Part shown: piece by piece, positions 1 through 13,778 of the stretch | Layout: each line of letters opens with the position of its first letter | How positions within the stretch are numbered: position 1 is the stretch's first letter | From: Eledone cirrhosa | Lineage: Eukaryota | Direction of reading: 5' to 3' | DNA length: 64,000 bases | Assembly: GCA_964016885.1 (NCBI GenBank) | Contig: OZ024740.1 | Coordinates: 306,528,001-306,592,000, forward strand | Translations under genes and position numbers: made by a program | The notes under the pieces: generated by a model | Database searches by the model: none | The model's input: the letters and a program-made list of their open reading frames with translations, nothing else | Told to the model about the DNA's origin: nothing

Positions 1-1141
1 ACGCCGCCGCCAACACCACCAACAACAACAACAACAAGGCCGCCGCCAACACCACCACCACCAACAACAACGCCGCCGCCAACACCAACACCACCACCAA
101 CAACAACAACAAGGCCGCCGCCAACACCACCACCACCAACAACAACGCCGCCGCCAACACCACCACCATCACCAACAACAACAACGCCGCCGCCAACACC
201 AACACCACCACCACCAACAACAACAAGGCCGCCGCCAACACCAACACCACCATCACCAACAACAACAACGCCGCCGCCAACACCAACACCACCACCAACA
301 ACAACAACAACGCCGCCGCCAACACCAACACCACCACCAACAACAACAACAAAGCCGCCGCCAACACCACCACCAACAACAACAACAACGCCGCCGCCAA
401 CACCAACACCACCACCAACAACAACAACAACGCCGCCGCCAACACCAACACCACCACCAACAACAACAACAAGGCCGCCGCCAACACCAACACCACCACC
501 AACAACAACAACAAGGCCGCCGCTAACACCACCACCACCACCAACAACACCAACAACAACGCCGCCGCCAACACCAACACCACCACCAACAACAACAACA
601 AGGCCGCCGCCGCCAACACCACCACCACCAACAACAACAACAACAACAACGCCGCCGCCAAAACATTCACCACCATCACCGCCACCACTACTACAACAAC
701 AACACCGCAACAGCTAAATAATATGATCACCATCGCCACCACCATCACCACCACTGTCACCACCACCATCACCACCCCCATAACCACCACCACCAACACC
801 ACCACCACCACTGTCACCACCATCACCACCATCACCATCAACACCAACATCACCCCACCACCACCACCATAACCATCACCACCACCATAACCACCACCAG
901 CACCGCCATCACTACCACCACCACGATACCATCACAATCTCCAGCACCACCTCCACCACCACCACCACCAGCACCACCAGCACCACCAGCACCACCACCA
1001 CCACCACCACACCACCACCACCACCACCACCACCACCACCACCACCAGCACCACCAGCACCACCACCACCACCACCACACCACCACCACCACCACCACCA
1101 CCACCACCACCACCAGCACCACCAGCACCACCACCACCACC

Positions 1142-1172
<31 letters not shown>

Positions 1173-1192
1173 GCACCAGCACCACCAGCACC

Positions 1193-1223
<31 letters not shown>

Positions 1224-1751
1224 CCACCACCACCACTAGCACCACCACCACCAGCACCACCAGCACCAGCATCACCACCACCACCACCACCAGCACCACC
1301 AGCACCACCACCATTACCACCACCAGCACCACCAGCACAACCACCACCACCACCACTAGCACCAGCACCACCACCAGCACCACCACTAGCACCACCAGCA
1401 CCACCAGCACCACCACCACCAGCACCACCAGCACCACCACCACCACCACCAGCAGCACCACCACCAGCACCACCAGCACCACCACCACCACCACCATCAC
1501 CACCACCACCACCACCACCACCACCACCACCACCACCACCACCACCATCACCACCACCAGCAGCACCACCACCACGAGCACCACCACCACCACCACCGCA
1601 CCGCCACCATCACCATCACCACCAGCACCACCACCACCAGCACCACCACCAGCACCACCACCACCACCACCACCAGCACCACCACCAGCACCACCACCAC
1701 CGCACCGCCACCATCACCACCACCACCAGCACCACCACCACCAGCACCACC

Positions 1752-1784
<33 letters not shown>

Positions 1785-2604
1785 ACCACCACCACCAGCA
1801 CCACCACCACCAGCACCACCACCAGCACCACCACCACCACCACCACCAGCACCACCAACACCACCACCACCACCACCAACACCACCACCACCACCACCAC
1901 CACCACCAGCACCACCAACGCCACAACAACAACATCAACATCAACGCTACATCTCAACAACGACAACCACCACCACCACCACCACCACCACCACCACCAC
2001 CAGCACCACCACCACCACCAGCACCACCACCAGCACCACCACCACCAGCACCACCAGCACCACCACCACCAGCACCACCACCACCACCAGCACCACCACC
2101 AGCACCACCACCACCAGCACCACCAGCACCACCACCACCAGCACCACCACCACCAGCACCACCAGCACCACCACCACCAGCACCACCAGCACCACCACCA
2201 CCAGCACCACCACCACCAGCACCACCAGCACCACCACCACCACAACAACAACATTAACAACAACAACGCAACAGCTCAATAATAATATGATCACCATCAC
2301 CACCACTGTCACAACCACCACCAGCACCACCACCACCACATCACCAATATCACCGCTACATCTCAATAACGATACCATCACCATCACCAGCACCACCACC
2401 ACCACTACCACAACAACAACAACAATATCACCGCTACATCTCAATAACGATACCATCACCAGCACCAGCACCAGCACCACCACCAGCACCACCACAACAA
2501 CAACAACAATATCAACGCTACATCTCAATAGCGATACCATCACCATCACCATCTCCAGCTGCAGTACCACCACTATCTCACTACTACCAAAACAGTACCG
2601 GTGA
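1..2604. repeat. Compound (ACC/AAC/GCC/AGC)n trinucleotide low-complexity array
   Basis: Continuous C/A-rich triplet repeats with a roughly 40-bp higher-order unit in 1-660. The motif gcaacagct(a/c)aataat..atgatcaccatc recurs at ~707 and ~2268. Confidence 0.95.
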
Positions 2605-2689
2605 CACCGCATATATCCTCAACAGATGCTCCATCAGCATCATTACTTTGTACCACCATTGCCTATATTAAGAACACTACGACTACCAT

Positions 2690-2840
2690 CAGTGCTGGAT
2701 TTAGGACAAATGAGGCCCTGTGCTAGTTAAGTTATGGGGCCCCAAAAATTTGAAAAAATCCTCGTAAAAAATTATTTTTGCAGAAAGATTGGCGACCCCT
2801 GGCCAACGGGACCCTAAGCACAATGATAAATCCGGCACTG
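2690..2840. mobile_element. hAT-type MITE, family M1, copy 1
   Basis: TIRs CAGTGCTGGATTTA / TAAATCCGGCACTG with a perfect 8-bp TSD ACTACCAT (2682-2689, 2841-2848). Confidence 0.9.
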
Positions 2841-3189
2841 ACTACCATTAACAGAGCTGCCACCAGGGATTTCTCCACCATTGCTGGTATCATCGCACCA
2901 TCCTTACCAACCAGTCTAAAAACAATAACAATAATTCCTAGCATAGGCACAGTACCAGAATTTCTTCATGGGTAGAGACAGACCTGTCAACTCTCCCCGT
3001 CCGATGGTGAGATTTCCAATAGTCTTTGGGGTGGGTGAGAGATGTTTTCTCTTGTGAAAAAGGGTATAGCTTTCGTTATGTAAAATCTCCCCATTTTGCC
3101 TCATTTTTCTCCATTTCGGGGCCCTTTTTTTCATGGTACGTTCTGGTTTTGTTTTTAGCTCTGTAGAGGGTTATATGAACCCCAATACT

Positions 3190-3285
3190 TTACTGGTACT
3201 TATTTTCTTGATTCCGGAAGGATGAAAAACAAAGTTCATTTCGGCGGGATTTGAACTAAGAACGTAAGGGGTTGTGACTAAATAC
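3190..3285 (-). mobile_element. tRNA-derived SINE family A, degraded fragment
   Basis: ttactggtactt...aaggatgaaaaacaaagttcatttcggcgggatttgaact matches the reverse complement of the 3746 copy. Confidence 0.75.
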
Positions 3286-3745
3286 TTCAAAGACGAACCA
3301 AATAGAACAGATACAGATACTCTACATTGAGTGAGAACACGTAAACACTAGATAAGCATTACAACTATAAATGCACTTTATGAAGAAATAGTAAGCACAC
3401 CGATATGTAAGATTAAACTACTGCTGGGAGATTTATACTATATGATTAGTAAACAAAACTGTGATCAAATTTCCCAAATTCCTACAGAATATCTTCTACC
3501 TCATAAGGGTTGAAAATGATAGACAACATCTACACACTTCGTGTGGGCGATTATGAGATTATAACTTTCCCCCTATCTCCGACAATCGGACTGCTTCGCT
3601 TCTAGATATTTTTTAGTTTTTTCATACATATTTCTTACTATCAGTACCGTATCAGCTGTTAAGTCGATACGAGTTTGATCTAAGAAAGTAATAGCTAAAA
3701 TATTTGAGTGTTCCAACTAACTAGAGTTAGTTTATGCAGGATTCA

Positions 3746-3934
3746 AGGGCGGTGAATTGGCAGTATCGGTTGAGGGTCAGACATGCTTTCCAGCATAGTT
3801 ACGTCCCTTTACGATCTGAGTTCAAATTCCGCCGAGGTTAACGTTGCCTTTCATCCTTACGAGATCGACCAAATAAAGTACCAGTAATGTACTGGGTAAT
3901 TGTTGGCCTCGTGGCAAAAGTAGAAACAATTATT
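3746..3934 (+). mobile_element. tRNA-derived SINE family A, full length
   Basis: A-box-like TGGCAGTATCGG, B-box-like GAGTTCAAATTCC, 3' end tagaaacaattatt; more than 10 copies in the window. Confidence 0.88.
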
Positions 3935-4320
3935 ATACAAGTGCGTTGATTCTGTGTGAATCCTGCATAAACTAACTCTAGTTAGTTGGAACACTCAAAT
4001 ATTTTAGCTATTACTTTCTGTTTGCTTTTCATAACGAAATGCATAGATTCGGTTACACTCTATTAAAAAATCCAGATATTCCACACTCAAACAGTGTAAA
4101 GGAGCAGAGAGTTATGTTGCACGTTTAACAAATGGCACATCATAGATATTAGTGTTATATAAATTGCCCGGGTATGGTATAAAAGCAGATATCTTGATAT
4201 CAAAATTTTATTCTTGTCATTCCAATCACTCACCAGGTGTAATCGAAATAGTCTTGCATATTTCACATATGTAATGTGGCATTTTTGTGCAATCACTGTT
4301 TCTGATATGTGAAATATGCA

Positions 4321-4372
<52 letters not shown>

Positions 4373-4415
4373 GAACAGATTAAAGTTTAGCAAAGAATCG
4401 CCGCTTTCACCCTTA

Positions 4416-4451
<36 letters not shown>

Positions 4452-4541
4452 ATACTTGGGGAGGGTCATATATAAATGAAAGGTATAGAAAATATTGTAG
4501 CAAAAAGCCAACAGTATTTCATAATATATAATTAATATTCT

Positions 4542-4581
<40 letters not shown>

Positions 4582-4723
4582 AGAAGCAAAATTTTGAAGT
4601 TTGATTTTTAAAAATGTTGTATATATATCATTCATCTTTTATTTTGAAATTAAAACAATAGTCTATGTAAACATATTGGACTTTGGATTTCTTAAAGAAT
4701 TTGAAAATATCATCCAATAGAGA

Positions 4724-5822
4724 AATGATACTCAAACTTCATCGTGCAGGGAGGTCATATTCGGATATTGCAAAGTTACTTTCGGTTGTAAGATCTAGTT
4801 TTTGGAATGCTGTGAAGCATTTTAAAGAGCAAGATGTGTAGGATAGATCCAGAGTTGGAATACAGTGAACTAAACAGATTTTTACTCTCATTAAAGCCGT
4901 TCGAGAAAGGATAAGAAGAAATCCGAAAAGGCCCATGAGAAAAATGGCAAAAGATGTCTGAGTAAGCCCTAGGACAATGAGAAGGATCATCAATGATGAC
5001 GTGGGAATGTCTTCCTTCACCCTTCAGAAGAGACAAACCCTTTCTGAAAAGACAAAACAAAAAAAAAGCTAGAAATAAAACGTGGCATGGCAGGGTAAAT
5101 TATCTGGTCAAATGAAAATATTTTTCATTGTTGAGCAGGCACACAACCGAAGAAATTATCGAGTCATTGGGAAAAAATCATCATCAATCAGTTTGACCAA
5201 AACATCCGTATTCCATACAATGAAACCAGCTTCTGTTATGGTCGATTGCTGTTTCATCATCTTGGAAGTCTTCTCACATTTTTGTGGAAGAAAGGACAAA
5301 AATCATCTCCCAATCTTACATAAACAGTATTCTGGAGCCTATGCTTTCTTCTGCAACTAATAAATTTGGCAATGATTATCTGTGGACCTTCCAGCAGGGT
5401 GGAGTCACCTTCCATACAGCAAATGTTACACAAGCTTGGTTCAGAGACCATCTTCTGAGGGTCTGGTCAAAAGAAATGTGGCCTCCCTGTTCACCTGATT
5501 TGAACCCTATGGATTTTTCAGTATGGTCTATCTTTGAAGAAAAGGCCTGTTAAAAAGTCCATAAGACAGTCGATGATTTAAAGGCATCTTTACTGAGCAC
5601 TTGGAAAGCAATTCCCCAAGAAATGTTGCGTGTTTCAGTGAAAGATGTTCTACAGAGGTTAGAGGTTGTTATTGCTGCATGAGGGGGTCATTTTAGATAA
5701 ACTCTATACATTATATTCTAAAGATATTTATGTATAATTACATATATGTTGTTGCTCAATAAAGTTAGTAGTTTTGTTACTAAAAGCATTTTTATTTGCT
5801 TTCAAACTTACGCCCCACACTG
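4724..5822 (+). pseudogene. Tc1/mariner superfamily transposase relic, DD37D (maT-like)
   Basis: HTH region IKAVRERIRRNPKRPMRKMAKD and catalytic region WTFQQ(D>G)G...WPPCSPDLNPMDFSVW with 37 residues between the last two acidic positions. Stops and frameshifts are present. The right end is ...ccccacactg followed by TA. Confidence 0.85.
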
Positions 5823-5831
5823 TATATATAT

Positions 5832-5874
<43 letters not shown>

Positions 5875-6256
5875 CGCGCGCACGTGCGTGTGTGTGTATA
5901 CACTTTCAAATGTAGGAATATTTATGGCAATGTAGGGATGCGACAATCTCTTTATATAAAACTTGTAATCCTTTGCAAAACTTTAAAATGTTTACATTCT
6001 TTTACGATTCTGTGACAAGTGATCACAGATGTCAATGCCTCACTCATCATAATAACAATTTGCTCCAGCCTTCATTAGTGGTGAAATTAAAGTTGATGAT
6101 GATGAAATTGAGACTGACCACAATGAGATTGAGGTTGTCGAGATTGATTATGACGGTCAGTCACGGATGTAAAATACAGTGGGTGTCATAAATCAAAAGA
6201 TATTGGTGGGACCTAAAAATATAAACAACAACCAAAAGATATATTGTTGTCGTATC

Positions 6257-6348
6257 ACCAGTCTGAGGAGCAGGTCGATACTGGAGTCGGGTCTATAACT
6301 CCTATGGGTCACCTTAAGCCAATCCTCTGCGAAACGCGCGTAACAGGT
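6257..6348 (+). ncRNA. Type I hammerhead ribozyme, family H1 (long stem II)
   Basis: accagt-CTGAGGA-GCAG...CTGC-GAAAC-GCGC-GTA-acaggt. Stem III is palindromic (ACGCGCGT); stem I pairs 5 of 6. Confidence 0.8.
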
Positions 6349-6650
6349 CGATACGCAATACATATTTTTCATATGTAAACGAAACTTCCTCGTTTTTTCT
6401 ATTATATACACTCTGCCCCTGCATAGTGTGCTTGATTTGGTACCAACACCAATATTTCACCGTACTACCTACACACACGCACACACACATATATATATAT
6501 ATGCATATGAATATATATATATGTTTATATGTATATATATATGTATATATATGATAAAATGGCGAGAAAAATACTGCTGGTAGCACATGGATAACATGTA
6601 ATAAAATAAGTCCCTCATCAGTGATTTGCCGACGATCATAGATATTTCAT

Positions 6651-6696
<46 letters not shown>

Positions 6697-6849
6697 ATAC
6701 ATATATACATGTATACATACATATATATGTATATATATGTGTATGTATACATGTATTAATATATATATATGTACATATATATGTATGTATATATATGTAT
6801 ATATATATATATATATGTATATATATGTATATATATATGTATATATATG

Positions 6850-6880
<31 letters not shown>

Positions 6881-6961
6881 GTATATATATATGTATATAT
6901 ATATGTATATATATGTATACATATATATATATATATGTATATATATATGTATATATATGTA

Positions 6962-7049
<88 letters not shown>

Positions 7050-7261
7050 AAGGTTAAACAAGGTTCAATGAATAAATCAAAGAATAAAGTTTTACAATAG
7101 ATTGGAAGCAGTCCACAGAAATATTTTTTCCGGAGTTATTAATATTAATTCAAAATATTAACAAAAATAGACATTCGTGTGATCAAGTATATTTTATTAT
7201 ACATATTTCAGAGGTACTGAGCTATCTTCACACGAATGTCTATTTTTGTTAATATTTTGAA

Positions 7262-7419
<158 letters not shown>

Positions 7420-7536
7420 AAGTTATATTTAAAATTGTTGGGTTACAACTAGTAAATATTTATAACTGATATAAAATATATTTATCTATAAATATTTATA
7501 TATTTATATATTTATCTATAAAACTGTTTATATTGT

Positions 7537-7600
7537 ATTTTGTCTGATGAAGGCATAGCATATTGTTAATATGATATCCCCGAAATATATATAATGAAAT
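7537..7600 (+). ncRNA. Type I hammerhead ribozyme, family H2
   Basis: attttgt-CTGATGA-aggcatagcatatt/aatatgatatcccc-GAAA-tatat-ATA-atgaaat; lies in a TA-flanked unit (~7418-7640). Confidence 0.72.
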
Positions 7601-7659
7601 AAATATGGTTTTATAAATATAGTTTTCCATTTATTTAATATTATATATATATATATATA

Positions 7660-7716
<57 letters not shown>

Positions 7717-7780
7717 AAAAAAGATGAAATCTAAAATGCAACTGGAGTCTTTTTTTATAAAAATATATATTTATTTGGTT

Positions 7781-7818
7781 CCTTTACCGGTTTCACAGTT
7801 CTTCTGCTTTTCAAAAGT
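7781..7818 (-). ncRNA. Hammerhead ribozyme, family H3 (U3-A8 core variant)
   Basis: Minus strand reads ctt-TTGAAAA-GCAG-aagaa-CTGT-GAAAC-CG-GTA-aagg. Confidence 0.7.
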
Positions 7819-7846
7819 AGGATTGAGATGGAGGGTTTGTGGTTTT

Positions 7847-7922
<76 letters not shown>

Positions 7923-8803
7923 TAGAATAACAGATTAAAGTTTCCTGTATACGAGCGATAAATGGGCGGCTTTGCCAAATTCAAATAAGACCGAAAAAAT
8001 TTTCTCTTTTATTTGAATTTGGCAAAGCCGGCCATTTATCGCTCGTATACAGGAAACTGACTGGCCAGTTTGCTGATATGCAAATCTGGCTGATCAGAGG
8101 ATCTGCTAATATGCAGATCTGACTGATCAGCCAGTTTGCTAATATGCAAATTAGGCCGATCAGTCACTGTGTATTTTTGAAAATAGCATATATTTTCACT
8201 AGCTCTGACAGTTTGGTAGGTGAACAGTAAGCTGTTCTGATGAAGGGTGATACATTAGTGTCTGCAGTTCTGTTCACATGCCAACACAAGAGCAAGAATG
8301 AAGGGTTCATTCTACTGACATGGCTATAAAATGGAGGCTTGTTTGCATAATTGCAAACGAATCGGATGTTATTATTAATATTCGAAAAACTCAGATTACA
8401 TTTATTGTATTCAGCCATGTAGAGCGAAAAAAATTTCTTTTATATATATATATACGACTCCTGTATCGACAAAAGATATATTTTTGTTGAGGTATGTGTG
8501 CCGAGAAGTTATATGTATATAGGCATTTATTATATATATTTTTTGTGCGTGGGCACATTTCTTGGTGCATGCATGGGCAGTGGCCGACTGGGTCTAAAAA
8601 TATTGGTTACCAGGAGATGAAGGGGGCCCACCTACATATAGAATGCTATCATATAATTTTTATAATGAATAAATAACATTTTCGGAAAATACATAAGTGG
8701 AAACAAAACAGTGCAATCAAATTTTTGCGGGAAAATATCTTACCTTCTCCAATAAAGAATATTATGTATTTTGCAAAATCCAGAGACTTTCAATAATGAC
8801 CCT

Positions 8804-9441
8804 AAAGTCGACCCTAAATATTACTAATAGCTCTGGGAAAGCCCTGAGCGACACCACAACTTTTTAACTTAGATTTTGAAAGTAGGTTTATAATTATCAA
8901 TTTTCATTACACTTCTATAGGTGTCTCAGTGGCCTAGTTGGAGGATTCATAGACGGTGGTGATCCCGGTCTGAAGTTCGATCCTTGTCGGGAGTAGGTTT
9001 TCAGTTTTTTTCTATGGGTTGTAAAATAAAAAAACTGAAAATATTACAGGATTGAAACCGAGGCCAGGATCTCCACCGTCTCTAGTACCTACCGCGAGGC
9101 CAAAGAGACAACTACGAAAATCTTATGAAAATTTATACTTATAAACTTACTTTCAAAATTTTCAAAACAAAATGTTTTGTTGTCGTTCAGGTCTTTCTTA
9201 ATGTTGCTCCTACTTAGGTCGACTTCTAAATCATTTGGGTGTTCCATAAACTACATCCTCGTTTTGTTTCACATCTATCTAGACTATATTTTAACCTGTA
9301 ATCCATGTTTCATTTCTGCGCACTGCACCTCATATCTCCTCCCTCTCTCTCTTTCTCTCTGTGATTGAATCTACTATGATTTGGGCTTACTTTATTCAAA
9401 TATAGGTTTTTGCATGTCAGATTCAAACTTACAATGATTGG

Positions 9442-9506
<65 letters not shown>

Positions 9507-10043
9507 CACATATATTATTTGTTTGCTAAAATAATCAAATTAAATTAATTCAACAGATAAACACACATAGGAATAATAAGGTTCTTACCAAAGAGCCAGA
9601 AGATTGACAAGTCGACCCTAAATATTACTAATAGCTCTAGGAAAGCCATGAACAACACCACATCTTTTTAACTTTGATTTTGAAAGTAGGTTTATAATTA
9701 TCAATTTTCATTGTACTTCTGTAGCTGTCTCTGTGGCATACTTGGAGGAAACATAGACGGTGGTGATCCTGGTCTGAAGTTCGATCCTGCTCAAGAGTAG
9801 GATTCCCAGTAAACTTTCTCACTTTTTTTCTATGGGTAGTAAAATAAAATCTGAAAAAAAGTTACATGTACCTCTTGACCAGGATTGAACCCAAGGACAG
9901 GATCTCTACCGTCTCTAGTACCTACCGCTAGGCTACAGAGACAACTACAAAAATCTAACGAAATTCATACTTATAAACCTACTTTCAAAATTTTCAAAAC
10001 AAAATGATGTAGTGTCGTTCATGTCTTTCTTAATGTTATTGCT
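8804..10043. repeat. Two tandem copies of a ~420-bp foldback unit with tRNA-like arms
   Basis: Units 8804-9226 and 9609-10043, each bounded by aagtcgacc...ggtcgactt. The arms contain TGGCCTAGTTGG and GTTCGATCC boxes in inverted orientation. Confidence 0.8.
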
Positions 10044-10581
10044 CCTACTTAAGGTCGACTTCTAATCATTTGGGCGTTCCATAAATTATATCCTCATTTT
10101 GTTTCTCATCTATCTAGACTACATTTTAAACTGTAATCCATGTTTCATTTATGTTCCACCTCATTTCCCCCTCCGCTCTTTCTCTCCCCCCTCCCCCCTC
10201 TCTCTCTCTATATATATATGTTCATTTCTGTTGCACCTCACTTCTCCCCCACCCTCTTTCTCTCTGTCATATTTGAATCTACTAGGATTTGGGCTTACCT
10301 TATTCCTATATATATATGTATTTGCATGTCAGTTAGATTCAAACTTACAATAATTGGTATTATGTATATATATATATATACAGTGGCGGACTAGGTCGAA
10401 AAATATTGGTTGCCAGATGAAGGAGGCCCATCTACATATAGTATGCTATCATTTAATTTTTATAATGAATAAATAATATTTTCAAAAGATACATAAGTGG
10501 AAACACGATAGTGCAATCAAAATTTTGCGGGAAAATATCTTACCTTCTCCAATAAAATATATTATGTATTTTGCGAAATCC

Positions 10582-10811
10582 AGAGACTTTCAATAATTGT
10601 TTCTACTTTAGGCACAAGGCCAGCAATTACCCAGTGCATTACTGGTACTTTATTTCATCGACCCCGTAAGGATGAAAGGCAAAGTCAACCTCGGCGGGAT
10701 TTGAGGTTGACTTTGCCTTTCATCCTTACGGGGTCGATAAAATAAAGTACCAGTAATACACTGGTTATTGCTGGCCTTGTGCCTAAAGTAGAAACAATTA
10801 TTGAAAGTCTC
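10582..10811. mobile_element. Foldback made of two family A SINE 3' halves joined in inverted orientation
   Basis: gagactttcaataattgtttctac...aacctc ggcgggattt gaggtt...gtagaaacaattattgaaagtctc is a near-perfect palindrome. Confidence 0.9.
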
Positions 10812-10856
10812 TAATGACCTTTGGTCTTTCACGTTCACTCATTATATATATATATA

Positions 10857-10935
<79 letters not shown>

Positions 10936-10973
10936 CATGTATAAATGTATATGCATGTATAAATGTATATATG

Positions 10974-11004
<31 letters not shown>

Positions 11005-11729
11005 GTATGTATATATGTAAGTATATATATATATACATATATATATATATGCAACCACGTAGCACGCCATTTTTTCATATATTTATATATTTTCCTCCGC
11101 TGTGACCCGTCTGTTTCTTTCTTACTGCTTCCCCTTTCTCTGTATCTCTCACTTTCTTTTTACCCTCCCCTCTGCCAGTCACTCTCTCAGTTAGCCTCTT
11201 CCTCACACTTTCACTCACTCACTCTCTGCTACTCCCTCTCCATCACTTCCTCCCGTTTGACCTGTGCGAAATCCTTTTCTCGCTCACATTTCAACCAGGT
11301 TGGATGGTCTTTATCTTTCGTCTACGATTTCACAGAACTTATGTTCATCGATTTCAGGGACTTGACTCCTTCTTCCTCACTTTTCGTTGCATTACCATCT
11401 TTCTTTGTTTACTGTCTCGCTCGTTCCCCCTATTTACGTGTCCCAACGACTTTCTTTAGCCGTTGCTCGCACCAACCAGAGGTATATGATCTTTAAAGCG
11501 ATGAAATACCAATGAAGGCTGAAAGATCACTGATGAAGGACTAATTTTATTCAGTGGGCCCTGCAATGCTACTGTGGGCTCCTGCAATGCTACCGTGGGC
11601 AACCTGGCACCCTGGCCAGTCTGCCACTATGTATAGGTATACACATGTCTGTGCGTGTCTGTACGTCTATGCCTGCCTGTCTATGTCGTTGATTTTCTAC
11701 ACCCTACAATTATTTCTTCCTATCAATAT

Positions 11730-11915
11730 TGGATTGGCAGTATCGGTAGAGGGTCGGACGCCATGCTTTCCAGCATAGTTACGTCCCTTTACGGTCTGAG
11801 TTCAAATTCCGCCGAGGTTGACTTTTCCTTTAATCCTTACGGGGTCGATAAAATAAAGTACCAGTAATGCACTGGGTCACTGTTGGCCTTGTGCCTAAAG
11901 TAGAAACAAATATTA
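11730..11915 (+). mobile_element. SINE family A
   Basis: Same consensus as 3746, flanked by AATATT. It is absent from the paralogous segment at ~12750. Confidence 0.9.
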
Positions 11916-12259
11916 TCTATAATCTACAATATATATATACTTATATATATATATCGGACGGTCTGTATTTTGATCGCTCATGAAATCCACCCAGCTTATG
12001 CTGACCGGATAACCATGTTGCTTGTTTTTTTTCCTATCTTCGGTTTGCTTTTATCCTTCTATGTTGTTTACTTGTCTCACTCGCTTTACGCGTTTCACTT
12101 GTCCCAATAGCTTATTTTAGTTATTGCTCGCACCAACCTGAAGTATATGATTTTTAATGCGATGAAATACCAATGATGGTTGGCAAATCACTGACGAGGG
12201 ACTAATTTTATAATATGTAACCCATGTGCAACCACGCAGTATTCCTCTTCCTTCTCATG

Positions 12260-12301
<42 letters not shown>

Positions 12302-12934
12302 CACCACCTTCACCACTAATTGATTTGACAGATGTCTTTAACCCATTGATACCAAATTTGGTCAGTAGTTCGTGTGTAAGTATATATATGCTTGTGTGTC
12401 TGTGTCTATATATGTATGTTTGCACTATCGTATATTTTTGTTTCTAGTAATTCCCCGGGGAATTGGTTGACCAAATGCTTTGCTTAATTGTTTTATTTAT
12501 TTTTTTTTTAATGTTATTCTTTCTCTTAGATTTCAGGTAGTTTTTGAAAGCACAGCATTAGCCCCTAAAATACTACAGTGGACCCTGCAATGCTACTGTG
12601 GGCTCCTGCAATGCTACCGTGGGCAACCTGGCACCCTGGCCAGTCTGCCACTATGTATAGGTATACACATGTCTGTGCGTGTCTGTACACCTATGCCTGC
12701 CTGTCTATGTCGTTGATTTTCTACACCCTACAATTATTTCTTCCTATCAATATTATCTATAATCTACAATATATATATATATGTCTATCTACATCCCCTT
12801 TTTTTTAATTCTTTACCGACATGATAAACTAGAATCGGGTGGTCCAAGCGTGACAGACCCCACAAACCTCTACTTCCTGTTTACACCAAAGCAAATCTTT
12901 GACTGACCAATATACATTCCAAAACGCGCCCAGC

Positions 12935-13048
<114 letters not shown>

Positions 13049-13778
13049 GCTTCCTGTATACACCAAAACAAGTCTTTGCCTGACCAATACACATTCCAAA
13101 ACGCGCCCACCTACCCACACGAATACTTAATTGCTCGTCGCGCGCTCATGTAAATACGCACATGAATACCGGGGAAATACACACCCGCATTGCCACCGCA
13201 CCAATTGCACCAACATATACAAATACGCCCACACACAAAAAATAGGGTCAAATGCCTATATATATAATATAACTGAACAAAAAAGAAAAACGTATACATG
13301 TATGTGTTCAAGTCGAAATGGACCAGATTCATATATACGCACACTATCCAGTTTTTTAATATACTTAGAAGTGACCAGGATACTAATAATTCTTCACCCA
13401 CTGATGAGCTACAATTTTGGTATTCCTCTTCATAATTAATATTGCGAAACAGTATTATCAAAACTTACTGTAATGAGACTATTTAGAGTTTCTAGCTCAA
13501 TACATGCCTTTGATATATATATATATATATATATATATACGTTATTCCGGGTTGAATCGGAGGTAACCACAGTAAGTAAGGTACTCAATACATAGCAGAG
13601 TATAACAGTTTTAATATAGATGAGATTCTACAGGACTAGAACTGTTTCATTCATTAGAAATCATCATATATATATATATATATATATATATGTGGACCGA
13701 GAATGTATATATATATATATATATATATATACATTCTCGGTCCACATACCTCAACAAAAATATATCTTGTGTCACATT

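Larger units (their letters stand above)
8578..12653. mobile_element. Rearranged non-autonomous hAT-like element with duplicated ends
   Basis: Left TIR CAGTGGC(C/G)GACT(G/A)GG at 8578 and 10381; right TIR CCAGTCTGCCACTA ending at 11629 and 12653. Outer flanks TGCATGGG / TGTATAGG may be a decayed 8-bp TSD. Confidence 0.6.

Noticed and set aside
1-2612. Long Val/Trp-rich or Thr/Pro mucin-like ORFs
   Set aside because: C/A-rich triplet repeats lack stop codons by composition; no signal peptide, domain or splice evidence.
11500-12240. CTGATGAAGGAC / CTGACGAGGGAC as hammerhead cores (also 6610-6625, minus)
   Set aside because: No closing stem II with GAAA and no cleavage-site arm in any topology I could build; treated as an unclassified dispersed repeat.
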